NCBI GenBank assembly: GCA_002269645.1 | Contig: NIVC01001761.1 | Coordinates: forward strand, 62,001 to 126,000 | From: Macrostomum lignano | Taxonomy: Eukaryota | Length of the DNA: 64,000 nucleotides | Direction of reading: 5' to 3' | In this document: piece by piece, positions 13,801-50,350 of the stretch | Layout: each line of letters starts with the position of its first letter | Position numbering within the stretch: the first letter of the stretch is position 1 | Made by a program: the position numbers and the translations under genes | Notes under the pieces: model-generated | What the model was told of the DNA's origin: nothing | Databases searched by the model: none | Seen by the model: the letters and a program-made list of their open reading frames with translations, nothing else

Positions 13801-14990
13801 TTACAGGCGTCATTAAGAAAGTGCCGGATGCCGACCTACAGCAGGATACTAACTGTCATTATCTTCCTCATAGCACACAAAACTGCGTATTGTCTTTGAC
13901 TGTTCTGCACGAGCTTTCAGGGAAGATTGTTCAATCAACGATCATCTACAAGTCTGTCCGACGGATTTTCCTCGCATTCTCGAGATTCTCCTGCGCTTTC
14001 GTCGTAACCCTATTGCTATTCTTGGTGACATTGAGAAATCATTTCTCCAAATCTATTTACGCTAGCGAGCGCGATATGCTGCGTTTTCTGTGGCCCGATT
14101 TGACAGACAAAAGACAAATATGGCATTATCGATTTTGCCGTCTACCATTCGGTTTGACCTGTTCGCCAGGTGTGCTCCGAGCTACCATCCTGCGCCATCT
14201 TGACACGTTTGAGTCTGCTTTTCCGGAATGTGTCGGTATCGTTCGGAAAGACCTTTACGTCGATAATCTCGTGACCAGTTGTAGTACGGACACAGAAGCT
14301 ATGGCTTTGTATCATGGCACGAAGAAATTGTTCGATCTTGCTGGTATGAATATGCGTCAGTGGATGTCGAATTCTGCCTCCTTCAACGAACATCTTCCGA
14401 AGCAAGATGTCGATCATGCCAAAAAAGTCCTTGGGCTCGTCTGGTGTTCGAGTAACGACGTCCTTCGCATGGATTGCCGTGAATTGGTTTGCGTTCACAG
14501 TGAGCATTGTTCAACTAAGCGTTCAGTACTAAGTAAGCTGGCATCAGTGTACGATCCGCTTGGACTAGTTTCTCCAGCAGTAATCTCTGCCAAAATATTG
14601 CTTCAGCAGCTGTGTGTCAGACTCAGAAACATCGACTGGGATGAGCCTCTCCCGCCTGACATCTCCTAGGCGTGGCAATCCTGGCAACTGTCTTGGGATG
14701 GTTGCATATTCGAGTTTCCTCGATATTTATTCCACACGCTTGGTGCCAAGCCAACAAACATTCAACTGCACGGCTTCTGTGATGCTAGCGAGTCAGCCTT
14801 TGCTGCTTCCATCTACACGCGTGCTGCATCTGACGATGGCGCCGTCGACACCGTGCTCCTAATGGCTAAGTCTCGCGTTGCGCCACTGCTGAATCTGTCC
14901 ATTGCTCGCTTGGAATTGCTAGGAGCCTTAATACTATCGCGCCTTATGCACTTGATCTCACAACAATTCCCAGGCACAACAACTAGTTTG
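10864..14990 (+). mobile_element. BEL/Pao LTR retrotransposon, 5' LTR plus decayed gag-pol, 3' truncated
   Basis: Putative LTR 10864-11201 (TGT...ACA) followed directly by PBS-like TGGCGCCCGA (11202). Gag KLPKCQLPAFDG..W..F..QF..DKFNYL; CCHC knuckles CFRCLRTGHGARMC..CRFCEGAHHVSIC; protease LLDTASNRSYI; RT RLPFGLTCSP..LYVDN; Pao RNase H region YDPLG, HGFCDASESA, AKSRVAPL, IARLELLGA. Confidence 0.92.
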
Positions 14991-15431
14991 ACTAGTGAAA
15001 CTGAAAAGTTTGAGCGGAACAACGAGTGGGGTATGGTTATCTGAATGATCTCCGGTACCATTTGTCAGGGAAGATATCTGGTCTGAGTAAAAACTTCTCC
15101 AGCCGTGTCTCAGGTGCGTCGCTTCACTTGCTGAGGCTGAGCACTCTCAGCCAGCCAGTTTCTGCTTTTCTCAAGCTGTTTTCAATATCGCAAGTTCCCT
15201 TCATCCAATTTTAACTCTGTACTCACAGCAAACTCTGCAACAATCGCTTCTTAGCTACAGAAGAGGCTGCAGAAGCAACCCGTGACAAACAGGCATTTTC
15301 CTTCCGTAGAAGCAAGAAACCAACCAAAGCTTCTCATTAAAATTGTCTTCTGTCTGTTTCTACAAGTTTCGTCTTCACGTGGCCTTTTTGCACGGCTCAG
15401 AATTGCGGAAGTGGAGCTGTCTGCTTGGGTG

Positions 15432-15505
15432 GGGGCCGCAGCCCAGTGGTCCAGCGCGGCGCTCTGATGTGCCAGCGGTCCAGGCTCGATTCCAAATGTA
15501 GCCAC
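15432..15505 (+). mobile_element. tRNA-derived SINE-like head or tRNA pseudogene
   Basis: A-box-like AGCCCAGTGG (15440) and B-box-like GGCTCGATTCC (15483) at tRNA-like spacing; stems poorly paired, so not a functional tRNA. Confidence 0.5.
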
Positions 15506-15879
15506 ATTAATTTCAGGCTAAATTGGAAACTCGGCTTAGGTCTGCTCGTAAAATTAACGTCATTGAGGGCCAACCCCCACGGCATAGTGAAGTGTACATG
15601 CCTAACGATAAATATAAAGTTAGGGCCGCTGTACACTCCTGTATGTGTGCCTGTGTGCTTGTGCGTATGACTGCGTACGTATCCTTGCGCTTGTGTGCCT
15701 GCTCAGTAGAGTCGGCGGAATAGGCAGTAATGCCTCTCGCCGGTTGTGTGACAATTTCGCCTAAAGTGAGCCAGGAAGCACACAGCCCCCCGTCTTTATT
15801 TGTCAGATCTCAGTCCCGAGTGACGCAATTCACACCAACGCCGCGGTTCTTGTCTCAACTGTGAGTGATTATATACGGC

Positions 15880-16575
15880 GACGCGTGGGTCGACGTCAAC
15901 CGGAGAGGCGGCTCAGCGTGCTTATCCTACGCCGACGATCTCGCCCTGCTGTCCTCAACTATCGAGGGCGCCCAGCGACAACTGGACAAGCTAGTTGCTG
16001 TTGCAGCGAGTGTGTAGACGAACTGGCGTCCGCGAGGATTCGCGGCGTCGCCGCGGGCTTGCCTGGGCTGCTTTTCGTTCTGTGAGGGCAGTCCAGCAGT
16101 CCGACGCCCTGCCTAACCGCTCGAGGGCGGCGTTGTTCCAGGCGGGGATCGAGACCGTCCTGCTGTACAACGCCGAGACCTGGACGCTGACGTAGTCACT
16201 GGAGCAACAAGTTGACGCGGCGCACGCTAGCCTGCTGCGCGCCGCCTTCAAGATCGACTAGAGCGAGTGACCAACGCGGCTTTGTGTCACCGCGCCGGCC
16301 TGTTCCGTCCAAGCGTCCTGTTGCGCCGTCGGCGACTCGAGCTGGCAGGCCACATCATCCGCAACGAGTCGTACTGCCCAGAGCCGGTGCAGGAGGTGCT
16401 GCTGCTAAAGCTGCAGGCACCCTACCGGCGGGGGCAGGCGCGCACTCAGCGTTTCGTCGACTGCCTGCTGGCTGACGCCGGCGCCCCGGATTCGGCCGGC
16501 GGCCTATCGTTCATTCGCGACTTGGCCTTGAGGCGGGCCTGTGACGCTAACTGCGTATTCTGTTGTTGTTGTGAG
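15880..16575 (+). mobile_element. 3' fragment of an RTE-like non-LTR retrotransposon
   Basis: YADDLALLSSTIEGAQRQLD, VLLYNAETWTLT, LRRRRLELAGHIIR, RRGQAR across frameshifts; ends in a short (TTG)n tail. Confidence 0.8.
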
Positions 16576-17445
16576 TGATGCAAGTTGCATCACAAGGCCC
16601 CAACTTAGGCTGGTGAGGAGAGAATGGATTTGTGTCTAGAGTTGGATTAAACCTGCCACACCTAAAACGTAATTAACATTATGTTAACTAGTACAAAACT
16701 TGAACAACCGCATGGATGGAATTGCGCCCAAATAATGTATTAATGAATGCAGATGCTTTTCAAATAAATGAGGCAAACCCGAAGGCGGTGGTTCGTTTTC
16801 GGGTTGGTTTGTTGTTTTATTTGGTTTATCAGTAGAAGAAAATGATAGCTGTTGAATAATTCTTTTTCTTGAAGTGTATTTATTGCTGCTTCACTTTACG
16901 AAAAATTCCGGAAGAAAAATTTAATTCAGTATAACAAATTGTTTAGTAAATAATAACAAATTTGTGCTGTACAAGTATGGCTGTCGTTCTAAAGTTATTT
17001 TCCTGTGGTTAAATATTTGCAAATGTGAGGGTACGTAATCAAGAGAAAAGCATAGTAAAGAACTTTGGAACTTAACTTGAACTTTATTGAAAAATTTTAA
17101 CCAACTTTTGTCCGGAGGGTCTTGAGTTGCCAAATGTAGGGAATTTATCGCCTGAAAAAATCGGCTTTTGTGACTTCAGTTTATCAGTTTAATGGATAAA
17201 ATTTGCTGGATAAGTTAAGCTGAGCTGTCAGTTGACTCAGATCTCAAGTTTTTCTACCTGCGAGATGCTGATTGTCTCAAGACTGGCGTGCGCTGCACGA
17301 TTGCATCTCACTTCACAAGCAAAGATTAAACGCGGACTTTTAACTTCTTTCCAGAGGAGTAAGTTTTTCAAGTTGCTTAGCGCAATATATAGAGTAGGCA
17401 AAATTTTGGATTGCAACGATAGCACGGATCCGATGTGAAACGTTG

Positions 17446-18495
17446 TCATGGAAACAAACCAAATGCAAGTTTTATCTCAGCCTCGGTCATTGAGCCGTTC
17501 ATGACGGCCACCGCCTGCACCGTGCCCTTCAACATTCGCGAGTCGGAATGTCGAAATCCCAGTCTCAGGCAGGTGCAGCTGGGAATGCTCGATTCAGTAT
17601 ATGAGGCTTCCACAGTCACCTGCTCTGGCGGCACGAAGCCTCCGTTGGAGAAAAATGTTCGGCTCGAGAGAGACGCTGACGTCAGGCCGACTTCCACGAA
17701 CGAGTTCGGGTCAAACGAGTTCGTTTCCGGTGCGGTTCTGTAAGAAAAACTCAACGCGACCCTGGAGCCGTACAGGCCTCTTGTAGTTGGCGAGCCGTCC
17801 CAGAAGGCGACTCCAGGCCCCTTGGTGGTGCAGTCGTAGCTCTCCAAAATTGTTGCTTCCCTGATCTCCCGCTTGAGCCTGACGAGCCACGTGAGTCCCT
17901 GCTGCACGCTCGCGAGCTCCACGTTCTCCAGCCACATCTTGGACGACACTCCGTCGAGCTTGGCTCCCTCGCTGCTCCACTCCACATTCTCCGACATCCA
18001 CTGCTGCGTCTGGCCGCACACCAAGTTGCTCCTGCTGGCGTCCACATCGTCGCTCATCACCCAGGCGGCCCTCAGCTTCGAGCCCACACCCAGCATGAGC
18101 TTCCTGCTCAAGGTGAGGAACTTGGCGGCTCTGGCATTGGCGAATGCGGCACAGCGGCGGGGCTGCGAGCTCTCTGCAGCAGCGAGTCCATCGATGAGGT
18201 GGCACACTGCGGTGTACTGGAAGAGCGAGCACTGGCGAGTGTCCGAGTCGAACTGGGCCACCTGCAGGCCAGTCGAGCGCTCAGCTTCGAGCACGCAGTC
18301 GAGGTCGGAGCCCGACGGTCTCGTCCACAGCGCCAGTGAGATGCTCAGGCAGCTCTGCGTCTCCAGGCGGTGCCACGGAAGGCGGCAACCGCAACCGGCT
18401 GGCCGAGCTGCCAGGCAGGCCAGGAGGACGGCGAGCAGAGCGCGGGCTGGAAGGTCAGCAATGGCCGGATGGAGCTGAGTTCGCTATTTCAAAAG
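17446..18495 (-). CDS. Uncharacterised Cys-containing protein, copy 2 (probably secreted)
   Basis: Frame is open upstream of the track ORF to about 18495: ARALLAVLLACLAARPAGCGCRLPWHRLETQSCLSISLALW..DCVLEA, a hydrophobic signal-peptide-like stretch. No in-frame ATG, so an upstream exon is needed (possible acceptor TTTTGAAATAG). 444 nt nearly identical to copy 1. Confidence 0.65.
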
Positions 18496-19405
18496 TACAG
18501 AAATGTGTTCTATGCACCGGCATCTGTGCTCACCTGAATTTCGAATGTTTGGCAGCATACTTCCTTTTGAATGCTTGAATCAGGCAGTTTTTGGATCCTT
18601 GGCTTGGCACGACTTTATTGTTCTTTACCTTTCAAATTGGCGTTCCGTGTCCGGCTTTTAAGCAGGACGCCGGGCAGTGCCGGAGCAGTTTACCTGGGCC
18701 GATTAGGTTCGCCCGGAGCTGAGGATTTGCCTGAGACGCGGAGAGCAGGGTTAGAGAACCCTAAGTCAGCTTCAGAAGCGGCACCTTGGCAACCACAATC
18801 AATGGAGACAGACTGCCCAGCTGGGAGCGGGAGGGCCGGAGCGAGAACGAGCGGCAGTGAATTCGCAGAGGGAGATAGATAAGGGGCGAGAGGGAGGGGT
18901 CGGGGCCCGCTGGACTCCCAGCATCACCAAGCGGCAGGTTTGGAACAAAGAAGTGAAATGGCTTATATGAATTTTTCTGAGTCAAGCAATCATCAATTGC
19001 ACTACTGCTAGTACTAACTGACTGTCTTTCTTTACTGGGTTTAGCTTGATCTACGCTTTCCTACAAAATGCTGAATCTGCAGCGCACCAGAGCCAATCTG
19101 CTTCTGTGGGTTTCTTCTTTTTTCTTGAGTTTTCAGGGTTGACCGCAAAAGTCTTCGAATTCAATCGCTGATACACCTGTTAAAAATACTCCGAGTATTT
19201 GTGAATGTCTGCCACCTTTCTGCCATAGTAGCAATGCTTTCTAAAATTCTTCCTAAGCACTAGTGGAGTGCATTGCTCATTTCTGAGTCCTCAGTTTGCT
19301 GAGCATTGAGCACGCTGTGCCTACTGCGCGTATGTTTGTTTTGTCTTCCAGGTGGAATTATGAACTCTTCTGAACTTCACAGTGAGACACCATTATCATA
19401 TTCAA

Positions 19406-19560
19406 GGCTCATCACCCAGGCGGCCCTCAGCTTCGAGCCCACACCCAGCATGAGCTTCCTGCTCAAGGTGAGGAACTTGGCGGCTCTGTGAGATGAGGTG
19501 GCACACTGCGGTGTATTGGAAGAGCGAGCACTGGCGAGTGTCCGAGTCGAACTGGGCCGC
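19406..19560 (-). pseudogene. Fourth, internally deleted fragment of the family core
   Basis: Near-exact match to 18054-18140 and 18193-18260 with about 55 nt missing between them. Confidence 0.75.
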
Positions 19561-20844
19561 CAAGCACTTGTTTCCGGACACCTTCAGCTCAGAGAAAGTC
19601 AAGTAGCTGAACAGATGATGCAACAGCTGTCTGCTCCCTCTGTCTTAGTGCTGCACTGTCTGCCTGCCTGTCTCGGTGCCTGCCTCTCTGTCTGTCTAGC
19701 CGAGTGTAAACTGTCAGACCTCATTGTCGCTAACAGGCCTCCCCTCCCCTGCCTGCCGCAGTCGGTCTTTCGGTGTTTGTCAGTCGTCTCACAGCAGGGG
19801 AACACGAGGTCGGTTGCCTTGGCACCTGATCTTTTCCCAGCAGCTCTGTCCCGACTCAGTCTACCGTCGCAGGCTCTAAGGAAGCCTTGTTCATGGAAGA
19901 CATGAATGCCCCCCTATTCGCCTGGGTGCGCATCTGTTAATTGATTGATTACCGCCTGAGCTGACAGAGTTAAGGTGCTGAATTCTTGGCAGTGGCAGGC
20001 TGGCTTCAATCCCCCCTGCTCACCGTTCCCTGCGTACTCATTTGAATGCGTTTCAAGTGTTTCTCAGGACCGCTTCGGGTATCAGTTTTGCTTAAACTCG
20101 ACCAACAACTCGGTTCTGCAGCATCCGGGCCAGATTTGCTAGGGCCAAAAATGGAAGAAATTTTCCTCAGCTGAAGGGTGCCTGGCATCTCCTGAAGGGT
20201 GGAAGCTGAAGGGTGGAAGCTGAAGGGTGGAAGCTGAAGGGTGGAAGCTGGAAGTGGAAGGGTGGAAGTCATCAAATGAAATGGCGCCGATTAAATGAAA
20301 TGGCACCCTCAAAATGAAATGGCGCCCTTCAAATGAAACGTAAAACATCGACCAAATTATTGAACCGCAGGTGGCCTTCAGAAGTAATTTGAACTCGTGT
20401 ATCCAGCTAAGGTGCCGAAGTGTAATGCATTCAGTACCACTGTATACTTTTCAATCAGCCTCAATAACCATGCTGAGAGTTGAGCCCAGATGCAGACCGA
20501 AAGCTTGGTGCCCAGACTCCACTTCTCCAAGCAGCTCTATTTAACATTTGTCAAAACTCGAGAGCTCAATCTTGTTCTTTTCTGCTTTTGTCAATCTAAA
20601 TCTTCAACAGCCTCCCAGCTTTGGGTCGGCCGGATCAAGTTTCACTCCTCAAATTTCTCTTTTGTCTTTCATGGCTGTAGAGAAGATCTGATTGGCCCGC
20701 CGAGGCCGTTGGAGACAGCCGGGTCTGCAGGGGGTGTCAATACAGTGAGGGTTCCCGTCTGCTCGCCTCACTGCCAGCCCAGCCTGCCAAGCAAACCCGA
20801 GCCTGAGAAAGACAACGGATAAAAGCAGAAAAGCTGGCGCTGAC

Positions 20845-21110
20845 GCTCTGAGTTCCCCTGTGGCTCTGAGTTCCCCTGTGGCTCTGAGTTCCCCTGCGGC
20901 TCTGAGTGTCCCTGTGGCTCTGAGTTCCCCTGTGGCTCTGAGTTCCCCTGTGGCTCTGAGTTCCCCTGCGGCTCTGAGTGTCCCTGTGGCTCTGAGTTCC
21001 CCTGTGGCTCTGAGTTCCCCTGTGGCTCTGAGTTTCCCTGTGGCTCTGAGTGTCCCTGTGGCTCTGAGTTCCCCTGCGGCTCTGAGTTCCCCTGTGGCTC
21101 TGAGTATCCC
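20845..21110. repeat. 18-bp minisatellite GCTCTGAGTTCCCCTGTG just upstream of the channel ATG
   Basis: Directly visible. Confidence 0.95.
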
Positions 21111-21143
21111 TGAGGTCGGATTCACTTCTCTGATTATCCCGCA

Positions 21144-44437
<23,294 letters not shown>

Positions 44438-44489
44438 CCGGGGTGTCTGACCGGGTGTCTTACTAGGTGTCTGCCTGGGGTGTCTGACT

Positions 44490-44815
44490 GATTTGAGTTG
44501 GGTTTGAGTCGGGCTTGAGTTGGGTTTGAGTCGGGCTTGAGTTGGGTTTGAGTTGGGCTTGAGTTGGGTTTGAGTTGGGTTTGAGTCGGGCTTGAGTTGG
44601 GTTTGAGTTGGGCTTGAGTTGGGTTTGAGTTGGGTTTGAGTTGGGCTTGAGTTGGGTTTGAGTTGGGTTTGAGTTGGGTTTGAGTTGGGTTTGAGTTGGG
44701 CTTGAGTTGGGTTTGAGTTGGGTTTGAGTTGGGTTTGAGTTGGGTTTGAGTTGGGCTTGAGTTGGGTTTGAGTTGGGTTTGAGTTGGGTTTGAGTTGGGC
44801 TTGAGTTAGATTTGA
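44490..44815. repeat. 11-bp repeat GAGTTGGGTTT downstream of the channel stop
   Basis: Directly visible. Confidence 0.95.
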
Positions 44816-45689
44816 GTTAGATTTGATTCGGGTTTTATTAAAGAGGTGATTCGGTTCTATTTGAATAAGGACGTTTAACTATATATTGACTTTAATCTGA
44901 TATATCTGTGGTCTGTGTGATCAATTTCAGTGTACTTTTTCTATTAAATGAGATGCTTTAATCCTACTGATATGAATAAATTAATATCTTTATCCCAATT
45001 ATTTATCCTATTTTATTCTATTTCCTCTTCTATCAGTCTATTTTATTCGCCGCTGTATTCAGCAATTAAAATAAAAATTCTTGTAATACGCCATACTCGC
45101 CTACTGTTAGTAGGCGCACTTCGCCGCGCGAATTCTACTATTTATCGATCAGTAGCTGAGCTATAAAAAGCTAATTAAAACCCGATGCGATAATGTCCCG
45201 CCCGGGAGAGAGTTCGACTTGTCAGCCTGATTGGGGCGGCCCGGGGGCGGGCAGTCGTTTATTTTTGAGTCAATTTTGGTGTCAGCTGGGGCTGGGGCGA
45301 CATCTTGCCAAATGAGACGGCCACGTGGCATCCCTCCCAGCCTCACTCGGCTTCATCCCCAGGCCACGCGGCCGCCGCTGCTCCCTCCTTCTCTCCTCCG
45401 CTCCCCTTCCCGCGACACCTTCATCAGAGGAGGCTGGGCGAGAGCCGAGTCGATCCGGAGGGCAACGAAGCGAGCCAGATCGACCAGGCCTGTCAGACAG
45501 TTTTTCTGGCCCGTCAGTTCCCGCCCAGATTGCCTGCCCAGCCTCGCAATATGTCTATGGGATAAAGACCTCACGGCTGCCTCATCATCGGGCAGAAGTC
45601 AAGATTTGGAGCCTGCGATGATTCTGCGCGCAACTTCATCAATGGATGAAGCCAATTTAAACACTTCAAGCTTTATAGATGGGGGTGAT

Positions 45690-46600
45690 TCTCACAGGAG
45701 ACACTGGGTGATTCTCACAGGAGAAACTGGGTGATTCTCACAGGAGACACTGGGTGATTCTCACAGGAGAAACTGGGTGATTCTCATATAGGAGACACTG
45801 GATGATTCTCATATAGGAGACACTGGGCGATTCTCATATAGGAGACACTGGGTGATTCTCATAAGAGACACTGGGTGATTCTCACAGGAGACACTGGGTG
45901 ATTCTCACAGGAGACACTGGGTGATTCTCACAGGAGACACTGGGTGATTCTCACAGGAGAAACTGGGTGATTCTCATAGGAGACACTGGGTGATTCTCAT
46001 ATAGGAGACACTGGGTGATTCTCATAAGAGACACTGGGTGATTCTCATATAGGAGACACTGGATGATTCTCATATAGGAGACACTGGGCGATTCTCATAT
46101 AGGAGACACTGGATGATTCTCATATAGGAGACACTGGGTGATTCTCATAAGAGACACTGGGTGATTTTCACAGGAGACACTGGGTGATTCTCACAGGAGA
46201 CACTGGGTGATTCTCACAGGAGACACTGGGTGATTCTCACATGAGACACTGGGTGATTCTCACAGGAGACACTGGGTGATTCTCATAGGAGACACTGGGT
46301 GATTCTCATATAGGAGACACTGGGTGATTCTCATAAGAGACACTGGGTGATTCTCATATAGGAGACACTGGATGATTCTCATATAGGAGACACTGGGCGA
46401 TTCTCATATAGGAGACACTGGATGATTCTCATATAGGAGACACTGGGTGATTCTCATAAGAGACACTGGGTGATTTTCACAGGAGACACTGGGTGATTCT
46501 CACAGGAGACACTGGGTGATTCTCACAGGAGACACTGGGTGATTCTCACATGAGACACTGGGTGATTCTCACAGGAGACACTGAGTGATTCTCACAGGAG
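45690..46600. repeat. 23-25-bp minisatellite GGAGACACTGGGTGATTCTCACA
   Basis: Directly visible; variant order recurs in longer blocks. Confidence 0.96.
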
Positions 46601-47904
46601 AGGCAGGGTCAGCAGCACTAACAGCACCTCACAGTAAAGTTATTCGTTTATCATCTTCTTACTTCTTTTTTCTTACGCTTGTAAAATTTGCTTTAGAAAA
46701 AAGTTTTTAAGAGTTGCATCGTGGACTCGGATCGCCCAACTCACTTTGGCTGGAGGACTTGCCGGCTGCAGCAACCCCCCCTCCTCCAACCAACCAAAAG
46801 AAGACCAAAACTTCTTGCTAAGAGAAGCAGATTGATGGGGATTTGAGTCCGGATCGGCGGTGGCTGCTGCAGCCTCGGGAAAACTGCAAATAAATGACTG
46901 CGGGAGTTCGGCGCGCCCGGCGCTTCGCCATAAAAATTTACAACTCGGTAAACGGGACAAGATGGATGAGGCCCCCTCTCCCCCCAGAGTCTGTGAGCAT
47001 GGGGAGGCGGGGCTTTCTCGGATTTGCAGAGGCCAGTGGGGATCTCGTAATTCAAGTCGAATTGGCGATTATGCAAATCCCAAGTCCAGGCTGACCAGCC
47101 AGTTCGGGCGTTAAACCGCTTAATGAGTCCGGCGCCAGGCTGCTGGCTAATTGACACTGACAAACTGCGGCCGGCAGTTCCCAAACTGGATTTCACATCC
47201 CAAACTCTGCCAGGCAATTGTCTTTGCCAGAGTCCCTAAGCTGTTCAATCCATTTTGGAAGAAGTTTTCAAAGCAACAGGTTGTTAGTGCGGCAGGCAAT
47301 TTTGGGAGCAGTTGGGACAGCCGCCATCGGCTATTAATGCTCCGCAATGTGTTAAAATCCTATAGGTCTCTAGCAAACTCAAACCAGTTTAATGTGAGGG
47401 AAATTATTGCTGTAGAAATGCAACGAGTGAGGGGTTTAGGATTGCGATATTGGAGTTTTATGCATACCACTGGGTCATCATGGCCTTCTCATAAAAATGA
47501 ATTATCATATTTAACTGCAAGCCAGGGTGGGGGCTTGACCGCGTGCCAGAATCGACTCCCAATAAAGAGGCGGTCAGCTGGTGAGCTTTCGCTTGGCTAA
47601 ACTTGCCAAGCAGAAGCTGGTCTCACCCCCTGCCAAGATTTACAAGGAATTCCACTTGAGCTGTTTTCATATCCTGGCAGGTTTAATAAGGGCTGCTGAA
47701 CTCCATAAGCCACTTGCACAACTGTGTGAGCAATGCCTTGTGAGTTGTTACAGTGTCTTTATTGGCTGATTTTTCCAACTGCTTCTTAATTCTTAGTGCG
47801 CCTGCGCGTGCACCCAACGGTTTCTGGCAGGAAGTTCGCTTGGGTTGCATGGCTGCAGAGCAGTGGGAGCCTCAATGCACTCAATAGAATTCCGATTTGG
47901 GAAC

Positions 47905-48405
47905 AGTGGCACTCATCAGTTTGGAAATGGCACTCATCAGTTTGGAAATGGCACTCATCAGTTTGGAAATGGCACTCATCAGTTCGGAAATGGCACTCAT
48001 CAGTTAGGAAATGGCACTCATCAGTTAGGAAATGGCACTAATCAGTTAGGAAATGGCACTAATCAGTTAGGAAACGGCACTCAGCAGTTCGGAAATGGCA
48101 CTCATCAGTTAGGAAATGGCACTCATCAGTTAGGAAATGGCACTCATCAGTTAGGAAATGGCACTCATCAGTTAGGAAATGGCACTCATCAGTTAGGAAA
48201 TGGCACTCATCAGTTAGGAAATGGCACTCATCAGTTAGGAAATGGCACTAATCAGTTAGGAAATGGCACTCATCAGTTAAGAAATGGCACTCATCAGTTC
48301 GGAAATGGCACTCATCAGTTAGGAAATGGCACTAATCAGTTAGGAAATGGCACTCATCAGTTAAGAAATGGCACTCATCAGTTCGGAAATGGCACTCATT
48401 ATTTC
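47905..48405. repeat. 21-bp minisatellite GGAAATGGCACTCATCAGTTA
   Basis: Directly visible. Confidence 0.96.
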
Positions 48406-49169
48406 AGAAATGGTACTTGCCATCCAATTTTCCATGAAATCACAATGGAGCTCTGTCTGATTAATTAACAATTCAGCCCCCAGGTGAGTGGCTGCCTTAC
48501 ACCTGCAGCCTGCGACACTGAGGCCCTTGCAATTTGCATTTTTTGCTAATGAATTTTCGCTATAACAGAGATAAAACTGTGCTTTTCCTAGAACAAGTGT
48601 CGCCCTATAAAAGATGCTCAACAGCAAGAGCCGGAGTTCGGCAGGCAGTTTGGTTCACTTCTCCTGAAGAATTAGCCAGAAGAAGCAGAAGGAGCCGCCA
48701 TTTCGCATTTAATAGACTATCTCGAGCTTGATGTAGCAAAGCGGGGCAACACGGCTGGTTTCCTGTGTGTGTTTTTAGAACATATTTTACGCGAAAGAAT
48801 GACTTTTGACTCACACGAGAAAAGACACCTCAGTTTTATTCGGCCTGATTGCCGATCTGGGGGGGGGGGGGCTCTGACTCCGCCCCCCGCGCTGTGCCAG
48901 ATGTAGCGAAACGCTTCACAACCCGAGACACAGTCGAGCCACTCCAGCACGTGATGTTAAATTTGTTTTGCGAGGCGCCTCCCCGCCTCCCCGCGCCTCT
49001 GTCTGCGTTGAGTCCCTTCTGAGTGATCCGTGGGGACCAACAGTTGCAATACTTTTACAGCCCCAACGGAATCAGTGAAATATTTCTGGCTGGGCGGGGC
49101 GTTTCCTCAGGAAATGTTTCATCTGCTCAATGCGTGTCTGGGGGGCTGAGGGGCAACTGTCCAAAGCAG

Positions 49170-49375
49170 GGCAGGGCGCCAACCAAGAGACACAGGGGCG
49201 CCAACCAAGGGAGACAGGGGCGCCAACCAAGGGAGACAGGGGCGCCAGCCAGGGGAGACAGGGGCGCCAACCAAGGGGGACAGGGGCGGCAACCAAGGGA
49301 GACAGGGGCGCCAACCAAGGGAGACAGGGGCGCCAGCCAGGGGAGACAGGGGCGCCAACCAAGGGGGACAGGGGC
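49170..49375. repeat. 20-bp minisatellite AGGGGCGCCAACCAAGGGAGAC-like
   Basis: Directly visible; a related TTGGCGCCCC cluster lies in opposite orientation at about 22295-22435. Confidence 0.9.
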
Positions 49376-50109
49376 AAGTTTACAAGTTTACAACTGCATT
49401 GCAAATTGCCTTCCTTCCAGTCTCAGAAAGCTCTCAATGCACCCAGCCCCCAAACAAGCATTGACTCTCTCTATCTCTCAATCCCCGGTGCCAAAGCTCC
49501 GCTCCTCCATCATCCAGTCTGCGGTGCCGGAGGCTTCGCTGCCAGACTATTGATATATTTGTTAGGAACTGGATTGGCGGCTAAACACCCAGCCGGCCTC
49601 TCAGCTCCTGCAAGGCATCTGTTAATCCCAACAGCGCCTCGCTGGGGAAAACACAGGAAAGGATTCGCATCGGCCGTAGATGAAGGAAGCTGGAAAGAAC
49701 CTGCCCAGAGGATTTCGCTCTGCAAAGACAAACTGAGAATCCGAGAGAGCGCGCGCTGATAAACGGCTGATGCGCAGCGCATTAAATAAACCTTAGAAAT
49801 CGGATCGAGCCGGGGAAACACAAGATAAGGGCTGCTGCTGCCGGTTGCCATGCAATTAGCAGCTTAGCACTGGAACCGCAGATCAAACTGCTGGTGCCAC
49901 CGCGCCAACTTGACAAGCTTGGGGCACTGGGAGTGTGGGAGAATTGAGATAAGCTTCTGCGGGGAATATTCGAACACTATTATGGGCAAGACTGACAGAG
50001 ACTGCCAAGGCGGTCTGGATGATAGAATCTGGAAGGAAAAACTCCAGGAAACTCGTATGTTTTACACTAAAATTCATCCTGAAAGTGAAAACTGAAAAGT
50101 AAGCAGGAA

Positions 50110-50350
50110 AATGGCGCTCCCTGAAGAATGTGGCACTCCCTGAAGAATGTGACACTCCCTGAAGAATATGGCACCCACTGAAGAATGTGACACTCCCTGA
50201 AGAATATGGCACCCACTGAAGAATGTGACACTCCCTGAAGAATATGGCACCCACTGAAGAATGTGACACTCCCGGAAGAATATGGCACTCCCGGAAGAAT
50301 GTGACACTCCCGGAAGAATATGGCGCGTCCTGAAGAATGTGATGCTCCCT
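50110..50350. repeat. 20-bp minisatellite CTGAAGAATGTGACACTCCC
   Basis: Directly visible, alternating variants. Confidence 0.92.

Noticed and set aside
15432-15505. Functional tRNA gene
   Set aside because: A and B boxes are present but acceptor and anticodon stems do not pair convincingly; kept only as a SINE-like relic.
16775-16806. Small hairpin AACCCGAA..TTCGGGTT as a Helitron 3' end
   Set aside because: No CTRR terminus nearby on either strand and no Rep/helicase remnant.
45161-45734. GC-rich ORFs between the channel gene and tbx20
   Set aside because: No recognisable motif, no consistent frame or splice chain.
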